DNA of 60,857 nt from positions 1 to 60,857 of the forward strand of contig JBCDAA010000003.1 of NCBI GenBank assembly GCA_039186435.1, in the 5' to 3' direction. This stretch comes from Myxococcota bacterium (lineage in GTDB: Bacteria > Myxococcota_A > Polyangia > Polyangiales > Houyiibacteriaceae). Within the stretch, counting starts at the first letter, position 1. Each line of letters opens with the position of its first letter. A program made the position numbers and the translations under genes. A model generated the notes under the pieces. That model was not told the DNA's origin. It saw only the letters and a program-made list of their open reading frames with translations, and made no database searches. Shown piece after piece: positions 46,273-54,675 of the stretch.

Positions 46273-47664
46273 TCAGTACCCTTCGGCTTCCATTGCGGCG
46301 TCAAAGCTGTCGAGAGCAGCCCCGCGCGCTGCCGCCGGTGTTGCAGCTTCCGCCGCTCGGCGACGAACGCGCTGATTTGAGGTTCGCGTTCGCTGAAGGC
46401 GCTCCCGCTCTTCGGCCCGGACCGGGGCCGCGAGCGCTCCCTCGATTTGGGCATCGGCGAACTCGAAATGACGCTCGGCCGCCGCGCGGTCGCCACGGTT
46501 GAGCGCTTCCGCTGCCTGACGCTGGGCGCGCGCGGCTTCCACGGTCGCGACCATGGCCTGGACGGTCGGCTGCACCGCATTGGCGGGCGGCGCGCCCCGG
46601 GTCACTCGGTAGGCGACGTCGGTGGTCTGCACCTGTTCGCCCTGGTTGCTTCCGGCCGGGCGATAGACGAAGCGCGCCGTCGCAAGACTGCGCTGACCCG
46701 CTGAGCTCGTGTCAACAGCGGCGCGGAAGAGAACGTCGCGGCGCTGACCCGCGAAGACGCTACCGATGGGGACACGAAGACGGTTGTTCTGAAGCGTCGC
46801 GCCCTGCGTCACGCCTTCGAGGATGCGCACGCCCGGGGCGGGGATGATCTCGATGTAGGCGTCCGTCGCGACGGTACTCGCAAGGAGGTTCACCTCGCGC
46901 TCCAGGATCTGCGCCATCTGGTAGGGATGCTCGAGGTGGTAAAGGCGCCCGGAGCTGCGCACCGCGAGCGTGCCGAGGGTGTTCTCGTCGTAGTCGAGGC
47001 CGACGCCGATGGCGCTGATCTGCACGCCGTACTCGGTGCCGTTGGCCGCGAGGTTACCGAGGGACATCGGATCCGCCGGACCGATATTCGCGTGGCCGTC
47101 ACTGATGAGCACGAGGCGACGAACCGTGTGCGTCGACGGCGTCGTCTGCGCGATGCGCTGAATTCCCGTCGTGACACCGGCATACATATTCGTGCCACCG
47201 CCCGCGTGAAGGTATTGAACCCGCTGCATAAGGCTTGCCCGCGTCGCTTGGTTCACCGGCGTCGGCGGCGCGATCTCCACGACGCCGTTGCTGAAGGCGT
47301 AGAGGCTGACGATGTCTCCGTCGGCAACCGTTTCGAGCAGGCTCGCCGCGGCCATGCGCGCGTTTTGAATCTTGGCGCCGCTCATCGAACCGGAGGTGTC
47401 GACCACGAGGGAGAGCGCCATGGGGGGCCGCACCTGAACGTTTGGTGCCGAGTCCGGCGCGTCGATCCAAACGCCGACGTAGGTCTGACCATCCGCGCCG
47501 ACCTGCACCTGCGTTCGCACTGGCGCACCGGAGATCCACTGGGTGCCGCTTCCGGTTTCACCGCCGCTGCTTTGCACGACGACGCGCGTCGTTTGGGCGG
47601 TGGTTTCAGTCGGCGCGGTGCAGCCGAGAGCGGCCACGATGGCCAGGTACAGAGTTCGTCGCAT
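46273..47664 (-). CDS. vWA-domain lipoprotein (YfbK/Ca-activated chloride channel homolog type)
   Basis: Lipobox ALGC, DTSGSM, GGGTNM, ISDGHAN.G, and GVGLDYDE. Confidence 0.88.
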   Translation of the reverse strand: MRRTLYLAIVAALGCTAPTETTAQTTRVVVQSSGGETGSGTQWISGAPVRTQVQVGADGQTYVGVWIDAPDSAPNVQVRPPMALSLVVDTSGSMSGAKIQNARMAAASLLETVADGDIVSLYAFSNGVVEIAPPTPVNQATRASLMQRVQYLHAGGGTNMYAGVTTGIQRIAQTTPSTHTVRRLVLISDGHANIGPADPMSLGNLAANGTEYGVQISAIGVGLDYDENTLGTLAVRSSGRLYHLEHPYQMAQILEREVNLLASTVATDAYIEIIPAPGVRILEGVTQGATLQNNRLRVPIGSVFAGQRRDVLFRAAVDTSSAGQRSLATARFVYRPAGSNQGEQVQTTDVAYRVTRGAPPANAVQPTVQAMVATVEAARAQRQAAEALNRGDRAAAERHFEFADAQIEGALAAPVRAEERERLQRTRTSNQRVRRRAAEAATPAAARGAALDSFDAAMEAEGY

Positions 47665-47853
47665 GGGGTCTCCTTCGGCGGCGCCCGTCGTTCCTCGGGT
47701 CGCGCGGTACCTCTACCGACGACTCACCTCTGAAAAGGATCTCAAAAAGCATTGACGATGACGCGCTGCGGCATGGTGAAAGGCACGCTTTCTCACGAAA
47801 TTCGTTGGAAAACGGGTTGCCAGGGCCGCGCGCGGCTTGAGATATTCCGCGCC

Positions 47854-48537
47854 ATGTCGATGGCTCAAGCTGCCTTGGATGCTGCCCGCGGATACCTCCG
47901 CACTCACCCGGAAGAGATTGGTCGCGCGATGCGAAATGCCCTTGGACTTCGTGTCGGTGTCCCGCTTGTGGCCCTGCGCTGGCTCGGTGCACAGGCGGAG
48001 AAGACCGGCAAGGTCGAAAACCTGAAAATCGACAGTCTCCCTCCTGGAATTCGGGTGGGCGCGGACATCGATCTGATGAAGACGCCGATTCGTGCGTCCG
48101 CGGTGGTGTTCATCGACCGCATCGTCTTCAACGAGGAAGAGCTCACGGTCGCGCTTCGCTTGGAGCAGGTCAGCCTGAAGCTCAACGGTGACGCGGCGAC
48201 GCCCGTGGCCGCGCTGATCAAGAGCGGCGCCCTCGATCTTTCGAGCCCGGGCACTCTGGTCGGCTTCATGCCCGATCGAAATCCGGTGCTCGCCGAGGCG
48301 AACGAAAACCGCATCGTCCTCGACCTGATGCGCGACCCGAAGATCGGCAAGAACCCCCTCGTTCGAAATATTGTCAGCGTGCTCACGTCGTTTGTGACCC
48401 TGCAGGGGGTTTCGAGCGACGAGAGCCATGTCGACGTCGCGTTTCGCGCGCTCCCGACCGGTCTTCGCGGCGCGGCCCGTTCGGTGCGACAGCACGTGCT
48501 TTTGCCTTCGATCGGCCGACTTCTTCCCGGTCGTTGA
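47854..48537 (+). CDS. Conserved hypothetical protein
   Basis: Probable ATG at 47854 (MSMAQAALD), with globular alpha/beta composition. Confidence 0.65.
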   Translation: MSMAQAALDAARGYLRTHPEEIGRAMRNALGLRVGVPLVALRWLGAQAEKTGKVENLKIDSLPPGIRVGADIDLMKTPIRASAVVFIDRIVFNEEELTVALRLEQVSLKLNGDAATPVAALIKSGALDLSSPGTLVGFMPDRNPVLAEANENRIVLDLMRDPKIGKNPLVRNIVSVLTSFVTLQGVSSDESHVDVAFRALPTGLRGAARSVRQHVLLPSIGRLLPGR

Positions 48538-48555
48538 GGATCGCTGAGTTCGCCG

Positions 48556-50583
48556 TTAGCCGTCTTCGGCGGCTTCGGCCTGCGCCTGTCTCGCGAGGTG
48601 TTCCGGCAAGAGTCGGTACCCGCGGACAGGTTCGCGCACGCCTCCTCGAACGCGACCTTCCCGGACGATCACGGGCACCGGCGGCGTGAGCTCGTAGCGG
48701 TAACCCCGCGAGCGAATGCGAAAGTTAATGCCACGTACGTTGCGCCGGTAGCGAACGGTGATGGAGCCGTGACGCGTAAAGCGCCGGTGGCGAAGCACGA
48801 AGCTCGCTAGGCGCACCGCGAGATGGTTGTAGAGACGGTGGCATCCGTGGCTGGTGCCGCGCGTGATCGATCGGTAGCTCACCGAGCCGTGGACTCGGAT
48901 GCCCTGATCGTAGAAGCGCGGCTGTGCTTCGGGGCTCGCCGGGTCCGCGTCGGGATCGAGAGGATCGAGAACGCGGTGGTGCATCAACATCGCAAGGCCG
49001 TACGCCGATCGATAGCCCGGGCCGAAGAGCCCGTAGTTCGGCACCAGGCGACCGTTCACGCGCCGTAGCAGGTCATCGTCGGGTGTGCTGGGAGGCGGCA
49101 ACCACGCGGGCGCAGCGATCACGTCGCGCCAGACTCGCTCGCCCACGTACGACTCTTTGTACTTGAGGGCCGTTCCGCCGCCGGGCGCGCGCTCCGGTTT
49201 CCATCCACCGATCGTCGTCGGCCAACGAACCAGCGCAACGTCGCCGCTCGCCGTCTGCGCGTAGAGTGTCACGATGGGGCGCGCTTCGATGCGCTGCCCC
49301 CGCCGCGTTCCTTCAGAGGTATAGGGATACGCGTAGTGGACGTCGCCGCGATCGACTTCCGCGCGAAGGTCCATGGTGCCGGTGTAGTAGGCGGGAAGCG
49401 ACGGAAGCGCGACGGCGACGTGTTGGTGACCCCGCGCCCGAAGACGAGTGAGCGAAGCGAGCGTCTCCGCCGGGCCCGTCCATCCGAGGGCCCGCGCCGC
49501 GGCCTCCGTTGCAGGTGAAACCGCATCCGGCGCCGGGTTCTCCGCAGCAGGCTGACCAGAATCGAAACGAAACTCCGGCGCGTCCAGCGAAACCCCGAGG
49601 ACATCGCCCCAGGTGTGACCCGCCGAACCGTCTTCCAAAAGGCCCGTCGCATCGACGACGCGTTCGCGAAGCGTTCTTAAGGTGGACTGCCAGTCCTGCA
49701 CGCGGCTGTCCTCCGCAAGCGCGGTTTTTGTCGGACCGTCGAGCGCACCGCCGGAAACGATCAGGTGATGACGCTGGTACTTCGCGAGCGCGCCCGCCGT
49801 GCGCCAGTCGAAGACGCCTTCCTCGACGCGAATGCGCCGCGTGATCAGCCCTTCGCAACGGAGCATCGCCTGGGTCGCGTTGATCGCGTCGTGCACGATG
49901 CCGAGGCGTCGCGCGCGTTCGTGGTGAGGCCCCCAGGTTTCGTGCGTTGAGAGGTCGTCCTCCGAAACGCCGAGTTCGCGAGCGGCGCGCGCGAGGCGAT
50001 GACGAAGATAGCGCACCGTTCGCGCGCGATCCTGCTGGGCTTCGCGCGTCGGTGCCCACGGGCGAAGCGTGTAGGCGAGTTCCGAAAGCGCGGAGGTGTC
50101 GACCGTTTCGTGGCAGGCGTGACGCTCTTCGTCGGCGAGGCGCTCCTGAAGAACACGAAAGGAGGGCGGAATCCCGAAGAGCTCGAGGTACGGCTCTTTG
50201 TCGAGCTCGTCGGGCACGTCGTCCAAGCGCTCGTCGGCCAGCGCCACGAAGACCGATCGATAGGGCTGCATGCCGACGTCACCGAGGGAAGGGTCTTCGG
50301 AAAAGAGAAAGGGCGCCCATTCGTCGGAGAGATCGAGGACGGTCAGATCGCCGAGGTGATCGGGGCAGATGTCGCGGGTGTGTTCGCCGTCCGCGTAAAC
50401 CGGGAGCGGGTCGTCGCAGGTTGGTTCGGGCTCTGGGTCCGGTTCTTCCGGTTCCGGCTCTGGCGCCTGCTCAGTGAGGACTTCGGACGGTTCCGAGGTG
50501 GGAGGCGCAGAGTCTTCCGCGAGGTCCGGCGCCTTGGAGCAAGCGACGAGTAGGAGCCACAGGGCGCAGGTTCTCGAGCTCAT
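48556..50583 (-). CDS. L,D-transpeptidase-family lipoprotein with a peptidoglycan-binding domain
   Basis: Lipobox LVAC, G.FD..T..AL..YQ...G.LD..T (PG-binding), W.PP, and catalytic IRVHGS...SHGCHRL. Confidence 0.82.
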   Translation of the reverse strand: MSSRTCALWLLLVACSKAPDLAEDSAPPTSEPSEVLTEQAPEPEPEEPDPEPEPTCDDPLPVYADGEHTRDICPDHLGDLTVLDLSDEWAPFLFSEDPSLGDVGMQPYRSVFVALADERLDDVPDELDKEPYLELFGIPPSFRVLQERLADEERHACHETVDTSALSELAYTLRPWAPTREAQQDRARTVRYLRHRLARAARELGVSEDDLSTHETWGPHHERARRLGIVHDAINATQAMLRCEGLITRRIRVEEGVFDWRTAGALAKYQRHHLIVSGGALDGPTKTALAEDSRVQDWQSTLRTLRERVVDATGLLEDGSAGHTWGDVLGVSLDAPEFRFDSGQPAAENPAPDAVSPATEAAARALGWTGPAETLASLTRLRARGHQHVAVALPSLPAYYTGTMDLRAEVDRGDVHYAYPYTSEGTRRGQRIEARPIVTLYAQTASGDVALVRWPTTIGGWKPERAPGGGTALKYKESYVGERVWRDVIAAPAWLPPPSTPDDDLLRRVNGRLVPNYGLFGPGYRSAYGLAMLMHHRVLDPLDPDADPASPEAQPRFYDQGIRVHGSVSYRSITRGTSHGCHRLYNHLAVRLASFVLRHRRFTRHGSITVRYRRNVRGINFRIRSRGYRYELTPPVPVIVREGRVRGGVREPVRGYRLLPEHLARQAQAEAAEDG

Positions 50584-50742
50584 CCCATCACCTCACGCGA
50601 GTCGAGGCGCGAAAGCGCGGCCAGGCGTTCCATGGATCCCCAAGCATAGACGGCGCACCGGCGGCGCAAACTGCGAGTCAAAAGAAATGGTTGTCCTGAT
50701 TCAGGCCCCTCGGTGGCCCCTAGTTTCGCAGCTTCGACGATA

Positions 50743-50761
50743 AATGAATTTGACTTTCATT
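50743..50761. promoter_or_regulatory. Fur-box-like 19-bp palindrome
   Basis: AATGAATTTGACTTTCATT (AATGAA-N7-TTCATT), an AT-rich island 17 bp upstream of ATG 50779. Confidence 0.55.
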
Positions 50762-50778
50762 AGCAAAGCGCTAGCCAG

Positions 50779-51213
50779 ATGAGCATGCAGAAGTTGACCG
50801 TGTTCGTGTTGTTCGCCTCTGCGGTCACCGGGTGTGGTCAGTCCCGCGTTCGGTCCGATGCCGGCGGGGAAGACGCGCGGCCGCGTCCCGACGCGCGGTC
50901 TCTCGACGCGACGTTTCGCGACGTACCCGACCCACGCTGCCCGCCCGCGCTTCCAGAGGATCTCTCGGTCTGCGACGCATCGATGATGGAACCCTGCGTA
51001 TACCTGATCTGCGACGGTGCCATCGAAGCGTCCGTGAGCTGTCGCGCGGACGGTCTCTGGGCTTCGAGGCCTCCTCTTTGTCCGGGTGAGGTTTGTCAGC
51101 AACGAGAACGCTGCTCGACCGAAGGCGCGCGGTGCTCGAGTGGTGAATGCGGGCCAATCCTCGTTTGCGAGGGAGGCGAGCTAGTCGCGCTCTTTGCGAG
51201 CGACTGCGACTAG
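50779..51213 (+). CDS. Small Cys-rich lipoprotein
   Basis: Lipobox VTGC, a D/A linker, then a Cys-rich domain (CP..LP.....C.....C.Y..C.......C..DG.W). Confidence 0.7.
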   Translation: MSMQKLTVFVLFASAVTGCGQSRVRSDAGGEDARPRPDARSLDATFRDVPDPRCPPALPEDLSVCDASMMEPCVYLICDGAIEASVSCRADGLWASRPPLCPGEVCQQRERCSTEGARCSSGECGPILVCEGGELVALFASDCD

Positions 51214-51266
51214 GAGAAACGCGCGTTCGGCACCCAAGGAGTGCGTTCCGGGCTAGACTCCTGGGC

Positions 51267-53075
51267 GTGAAGGCGCTCATCAAGGTCGGCTATGCGTGCA
51301 ACGACCATTGCGGCTTCTGCCACACCCTTCACGTGCGTCATATCGATGGCAGCGCGGACGAGGTGCATCGCAAGATCGAACGCGCGAAGGAGCTCGGACA
51401 CAGCATGGTGGTGCTGAGCGGTGGTGAACCCACCATTCGCCCTGAGCTTACTGAGTGGGCCGCGCACGTCGCGTCCCTCGACATGGACTTCGGTCTCGTC
51501 ACCAACGGCCGCATGCTCGCGTACCCCGACGTCGTCGAGACGTTGCTCAAGCATCGCCTTCGCTACGTCTATCTTTCGCTCCACGGTGGGAGCGCGAAGG
51601 TGCACAACCTCATGGTGCGTTCGCAGGCGTTTGAGGAGACCTACGGCGCGCTGGCCAACCTCACCGGGCGCGGTATCGATCTTCACGTGAACTGTGTGAT
51701 CACGCGCCACAACATGGATCACCTCCGGCCGCTGGTGGACTCGGTGCTTCCCTACGAGGACGCGTCGGTGAAGTTCTCGATGGTCGAGCCCAAGGGCGGC
51801 GGCGACGTCCTCTTTCGAAACCTCATGCCTCGCGTGAGCGACGTGGCCAAGAGGGTGGCGGACGCTCTCGCCTACGCGCGCGAGAAAACAGCGGGGCGGC
51901 CAGGACCACGCTTCGCCCACGGTGCAATTCCGCTCTGTCTCCTGCCGGGGGAGGAGAGCGGCTTCGATGATCTGAAGACCCACCAGTACTGGACGATGAT
52001 CGAGGTCGGGGAGTCGGACTTCTTTCCCGTCGACGACCTCAACAAAGTTCACCCCGCGCGGTGCGAGGGCTGCGCGCTCAAAGGCCCCTGTCCCGGGCTC
52101 TACCGCGGCTACCACGAGACCTTCGGCGACGAGGAGCTCAAGCCGGTGCGCGAAGGCGTGCGGAGCAACTCCTTCAACTACACCCTCGAGCGCGTCGTTC
52201 GAAGCGACCTGCCGTGCCCGCTTCGCGACGGGGCGCTCGGCATCACGCCGTGGGATCGGGGACGGCATCTCATCGTGCGCAACGGCGAGCGAGTCGGGAT
52301 CTATCGCGCGCCAACCCGTGACTTTTCGGACGCGGAGATCGCCGCCCTCAAACACGACGTCGGCCAGGTCTACGTCGACGCGTCACGTGGCAAGCCTGCG
52401 CCCGACGACTTCGCACGGGATCTCGTCAAGCTCCAGCGCGCGGGCGAGTGCGCTGGCTGTGAACACCAAGCCACCTGCAGCGGACTCTTCGAACCCGTGT
52501 TCGAGGATGTTTTCAGCCGCGACGATCAAGTCGTGCGCGCGCTTCTGGGATCCCTGGAAGGCGACGTTCTCGACATTGGCTGCGGCGAGGGCCCCTACGG
52601 CGATCTTCTCGGCGAACGCGTGCAAGCCGGCGCGCTCCGCTACGTCGGCATCGACCCCGATGCGCGGGCCATCCGCGGTCTTACCAAACGCTGGCCCTGG
52701 GCCGACCTGCACTGTGCGACGGCGGAGGACTTCGACCCCGGCCAGCAATTCGACCACGTCTTCATCCTACGAAGCTGGAACCACCTCTTCGATCCCGCCG
52801 GCTCCCTCGCGCGCGTCCGCGAATGGCTACGCCCCGGCGGCTGGCTCACCGTCGTCGACAACGTCGCCTTCGGCCTTGCCCGCACGGCGGCCCACACCTC
52901 TCGCGCCGAACGCTCCAGCGCTGAGCTCGAGCACCACCGCAACGACGACTCGGTCCAAGCCCGCAAAGTCGTGGAGGACGCCGGCTTCGAGGTTGTCCAG
53001 GAGATCGCGGTCGGGCCCGAGACCAGCAACCAGTGGCTCCTCCGCGGGCGGCCCGTCGACGAACGAGGCTCGTAG
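51267..53075 (+). CDS. Radical SAM (HxsC-like) plus class I methyltransferase fusion
   Basis: GTG at 51267, CNDHCGFC, SGGEPT, TNG, IPLC, two CxxC-x5-CxG motifs (CEGCALKGPCPG, CAGCEHQATCSG), VLDIGCGEG, and LRPGG. Confidence 0.85.
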   Translation: MKALIKVGYACNDHCGFCHTLHVRHIDGSADEVHRKIERAKELGHSMVVLSGGEPTIRPELTEWAAHVASLDMDFGLVTNGRMLAYPDVVETLLKHRLRYVYLSLHGGSAKVHNLMVRSQAFEETYGALANLTGRGIDLHVNCVITRHNMDHLRPLVDSVLPYEDASVKFSMVEPKGGGDVLFRNLMPRVSDVAKRVADALAYAREKTAGRPGPRFAHGAIPLCLLPGEESGFDDLKTHQYWTMIEVGESDFFPVDDLNKVHPARCEGCALKGPCPGLYRGYHETFGDEELKPVREGVRSNSFNYTLERVVRSDLPCPLRDGALGITPWDRGRHLIVRNGERVGIYRAPTRDFSDAEIAALKHDVGQVYVDASRGKPAPDDFARDLVKLQRAGECAGCEHQATCSGLFEPVFEDVFSRDDQVVRALLGSLEGDVLDIGCGEGPYGDLLGERVQAGALRYVGIDPDARAIRGLTKRWPWADLHCATAEDFDPGQQFDHVFILRSWNHLFDPAGSLARVREWLRPGGWLTVVDNVAFGLARTAAHTSRAERSSAELEHHRNDDSVQARKVVEDAGFEVVQEIAVGPETSNQWLLRGRPVDERGS

Positions 53076-53155
53076 AAAACCACCGTCAAAACTAATGGGT
53101 GGCCTCAACGCGTCGATGACGCTTCGCGCCTCGCTTCGCTCGGAGGTTCGCGAAC

Positions 53156-53848
53156 CTATTCACCACCAAACGCTTCACGCCGAAGCGCTTCGATCTGCGC
53201 CTCTCGGTCGCGATGCATCTTTTCGATGCGCCCCCGAAGCTCCTGGAGAATCCCCATCCGCTCCCCTTCCGGTGCGTTTGCCACCGCGCCCTCCTCACAG
53301 AGCTCGCCCGAACGCCGCACCTCCGACAACGTCCGCGACGCCGACGTCAGCGTGTGCGTCAGCACCCCCAAGAAGAGCAAGAGCGGGATCACCAGCGCGA
53401 GCAACCGAATCCACTTCGGCGCACCCACCCGCCGCGCGACGAAGGGCCCAGAGAGCAAGAGCAAGAGGATCACCCCGCCGATGGCTAGCCAATGGCCGTG
53501 GTGGTCGAGCGTCTCCTCCCACAAACTGCGCGCCGCCCCCTCCCGCTGGTCGTGGCAGAAGTCGCTCTCCACCAAACGCTCATGCTCGCGCTCGATCGCC
53601 TCGTTGAGCTCGTTGCCAAGCTCCTGGTTCAAGTCCACGTGCGAGACATCAAAGGGCTCGGCAGAGGTCCCCTCCGGAACCAGCGAAGGATCGGACACAA
53701 AGACCGTTCGGCCCTCGTCGTTCTCGTAGCTGTAGAACGCCGGACCGTCGGGTTCACCCCAACTCTCGAGCGGTGAGCCCGCACATCCCGCGACCCACAC
53801 CCAAAGCAGCGCCCACCAAGCCGAGCGAGATCGCGTGCGCCAGGACAT
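53156..53848 (-). CDS. Membrane lipoprotein with a DUF4124-like motif
   Basis: Lipobox VAGC, FYSYENDEGRTVFVSDP, and two TM helices. Confidence 0.6.
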   Translation of the reverse strand: MSWRTRSRSAWWALLWVWVAGCAGSPLESWGEPDGPAFYSYENDEGRTVFVSDPSLVPEGTSAEPFDVSHVDLNQELGNELNEAIEREHERLVESDFCHDQREGAARSLWEETLDHHGHWLAIGGVILLLLLSGPFVARRVGAPKWIRLLALVIPLLLFLGVLTHTLTSASRTLSEVRRSGELCEEGAVANAPEGERMGILQELRGRIEKMHRDREAQIEALRREAFGGE

Positions 53849-53974
53849 CCTCATTTCCTCCGGCCCAAGACGCGTCATCTCCGGCAGCCGTACCACGAAT
53901 TCGCTCTCTCGGACGCTCCTCCTTTTCGCGTCTCCGGTATGGTACCCACCTCGGTCCCGGTGTATTTTCCGCCT

Positions 53975-54460
53975 ATGAGCGACGACTTCGTCGGCGTGCC
54001 CGACGCGATCGCCCGTGCGGACCTCCGAGAGAGTTCCGCCGAGCTTTACCTAGACGACTCCCTATACCCCCTCGAAGCCGTGTACGGCGCGAGCTTTACC
54101 TTCATCGATCGCTGCTTCGTGTTTATCGACCGGCCGGAAGCCAACCGCTTTCGCGTGACCCTCTCGACCAAGAAGCCAGGCACCGAGGAAGACGTGCTTC
54201 GTACGCTGGTCGGCGAGTTTTCGAACGAGCTCCTCGCGTGCGCCTGGCGGGCGAAGATTACCGAGCAGAACCGCGCCACGTTGGAAGCTGTCACCATGCA
54301 AGCCATCGGCGGAGCTATGGGTCCGCCGAGCCTCGACGATCTCGAGGACTTCGACTTCTCCGAGGAACCCTTCGAAGACCCACTCGGTATCGCCATGAGT
54401 TGGGAAGAGAAATACGGCAAGAAGTCACCGCCCAAGAAAAAGAAGAAAGAAGAAGAATGA
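53975..54460 (+). CDS. hxsD: His-Xaa-Ser system protein HxsD
   Basis: LDDSLYPLEAVYGASFTFIDRC and GEFSNELL..AWRAKI...N, ending in DPLGIA.SWEEKY. First gene of the hxs operon. Confidence 0.8.
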   Translation: MSDDFVGVPDAIARADLRESSAELYLDDSLYPLEAVYGASFTFIDRCFVFIDRPEANRFRVTLSTKKPGTEEDVLRTLVGEFSNELLACAWRAKITEQNRATLEAVTMQAIGGAMGPPSLDDLEDFDFSEEPFEDPLGIAMSWEEKYGKKSPPKKKKKEEE

Positions 54461-54675
54461 GGGAGCTCCGATTTTCGAAGGAGATCTACCGCGGCGAGGA
54501 CGTCGACGCCGCGCTGAGGGTCTTCGAGAAATACGGTGACTTCGAACAGGAAGCGACCGACGACGCTTGGGTGATCCGCGTGAGCGCCGGCTCCCGCGCA
54601 AGAGAGCGCCGCCTCGCTGGCGAACTTGGCAACTACGCGCTTGGCCTTACGATTCGTCATCGGGGTGTCTCGTGA
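54457..54675 (+). CDS. Second, short HxsD-like protein
   Basis: ATGA overlap. MRELRFSKEIY....VDAA..F...GELGNYAL has the same pattern as the HxsD core. Overlaps the hxsB GTG start. Confidence 0.7.
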   Translation: MRELRFSKEIYRGEDVDAALRVFEKYGDFEQEATDDAWVIRVSAGSRARERRLAGELGNYALGLTIRHRGVS

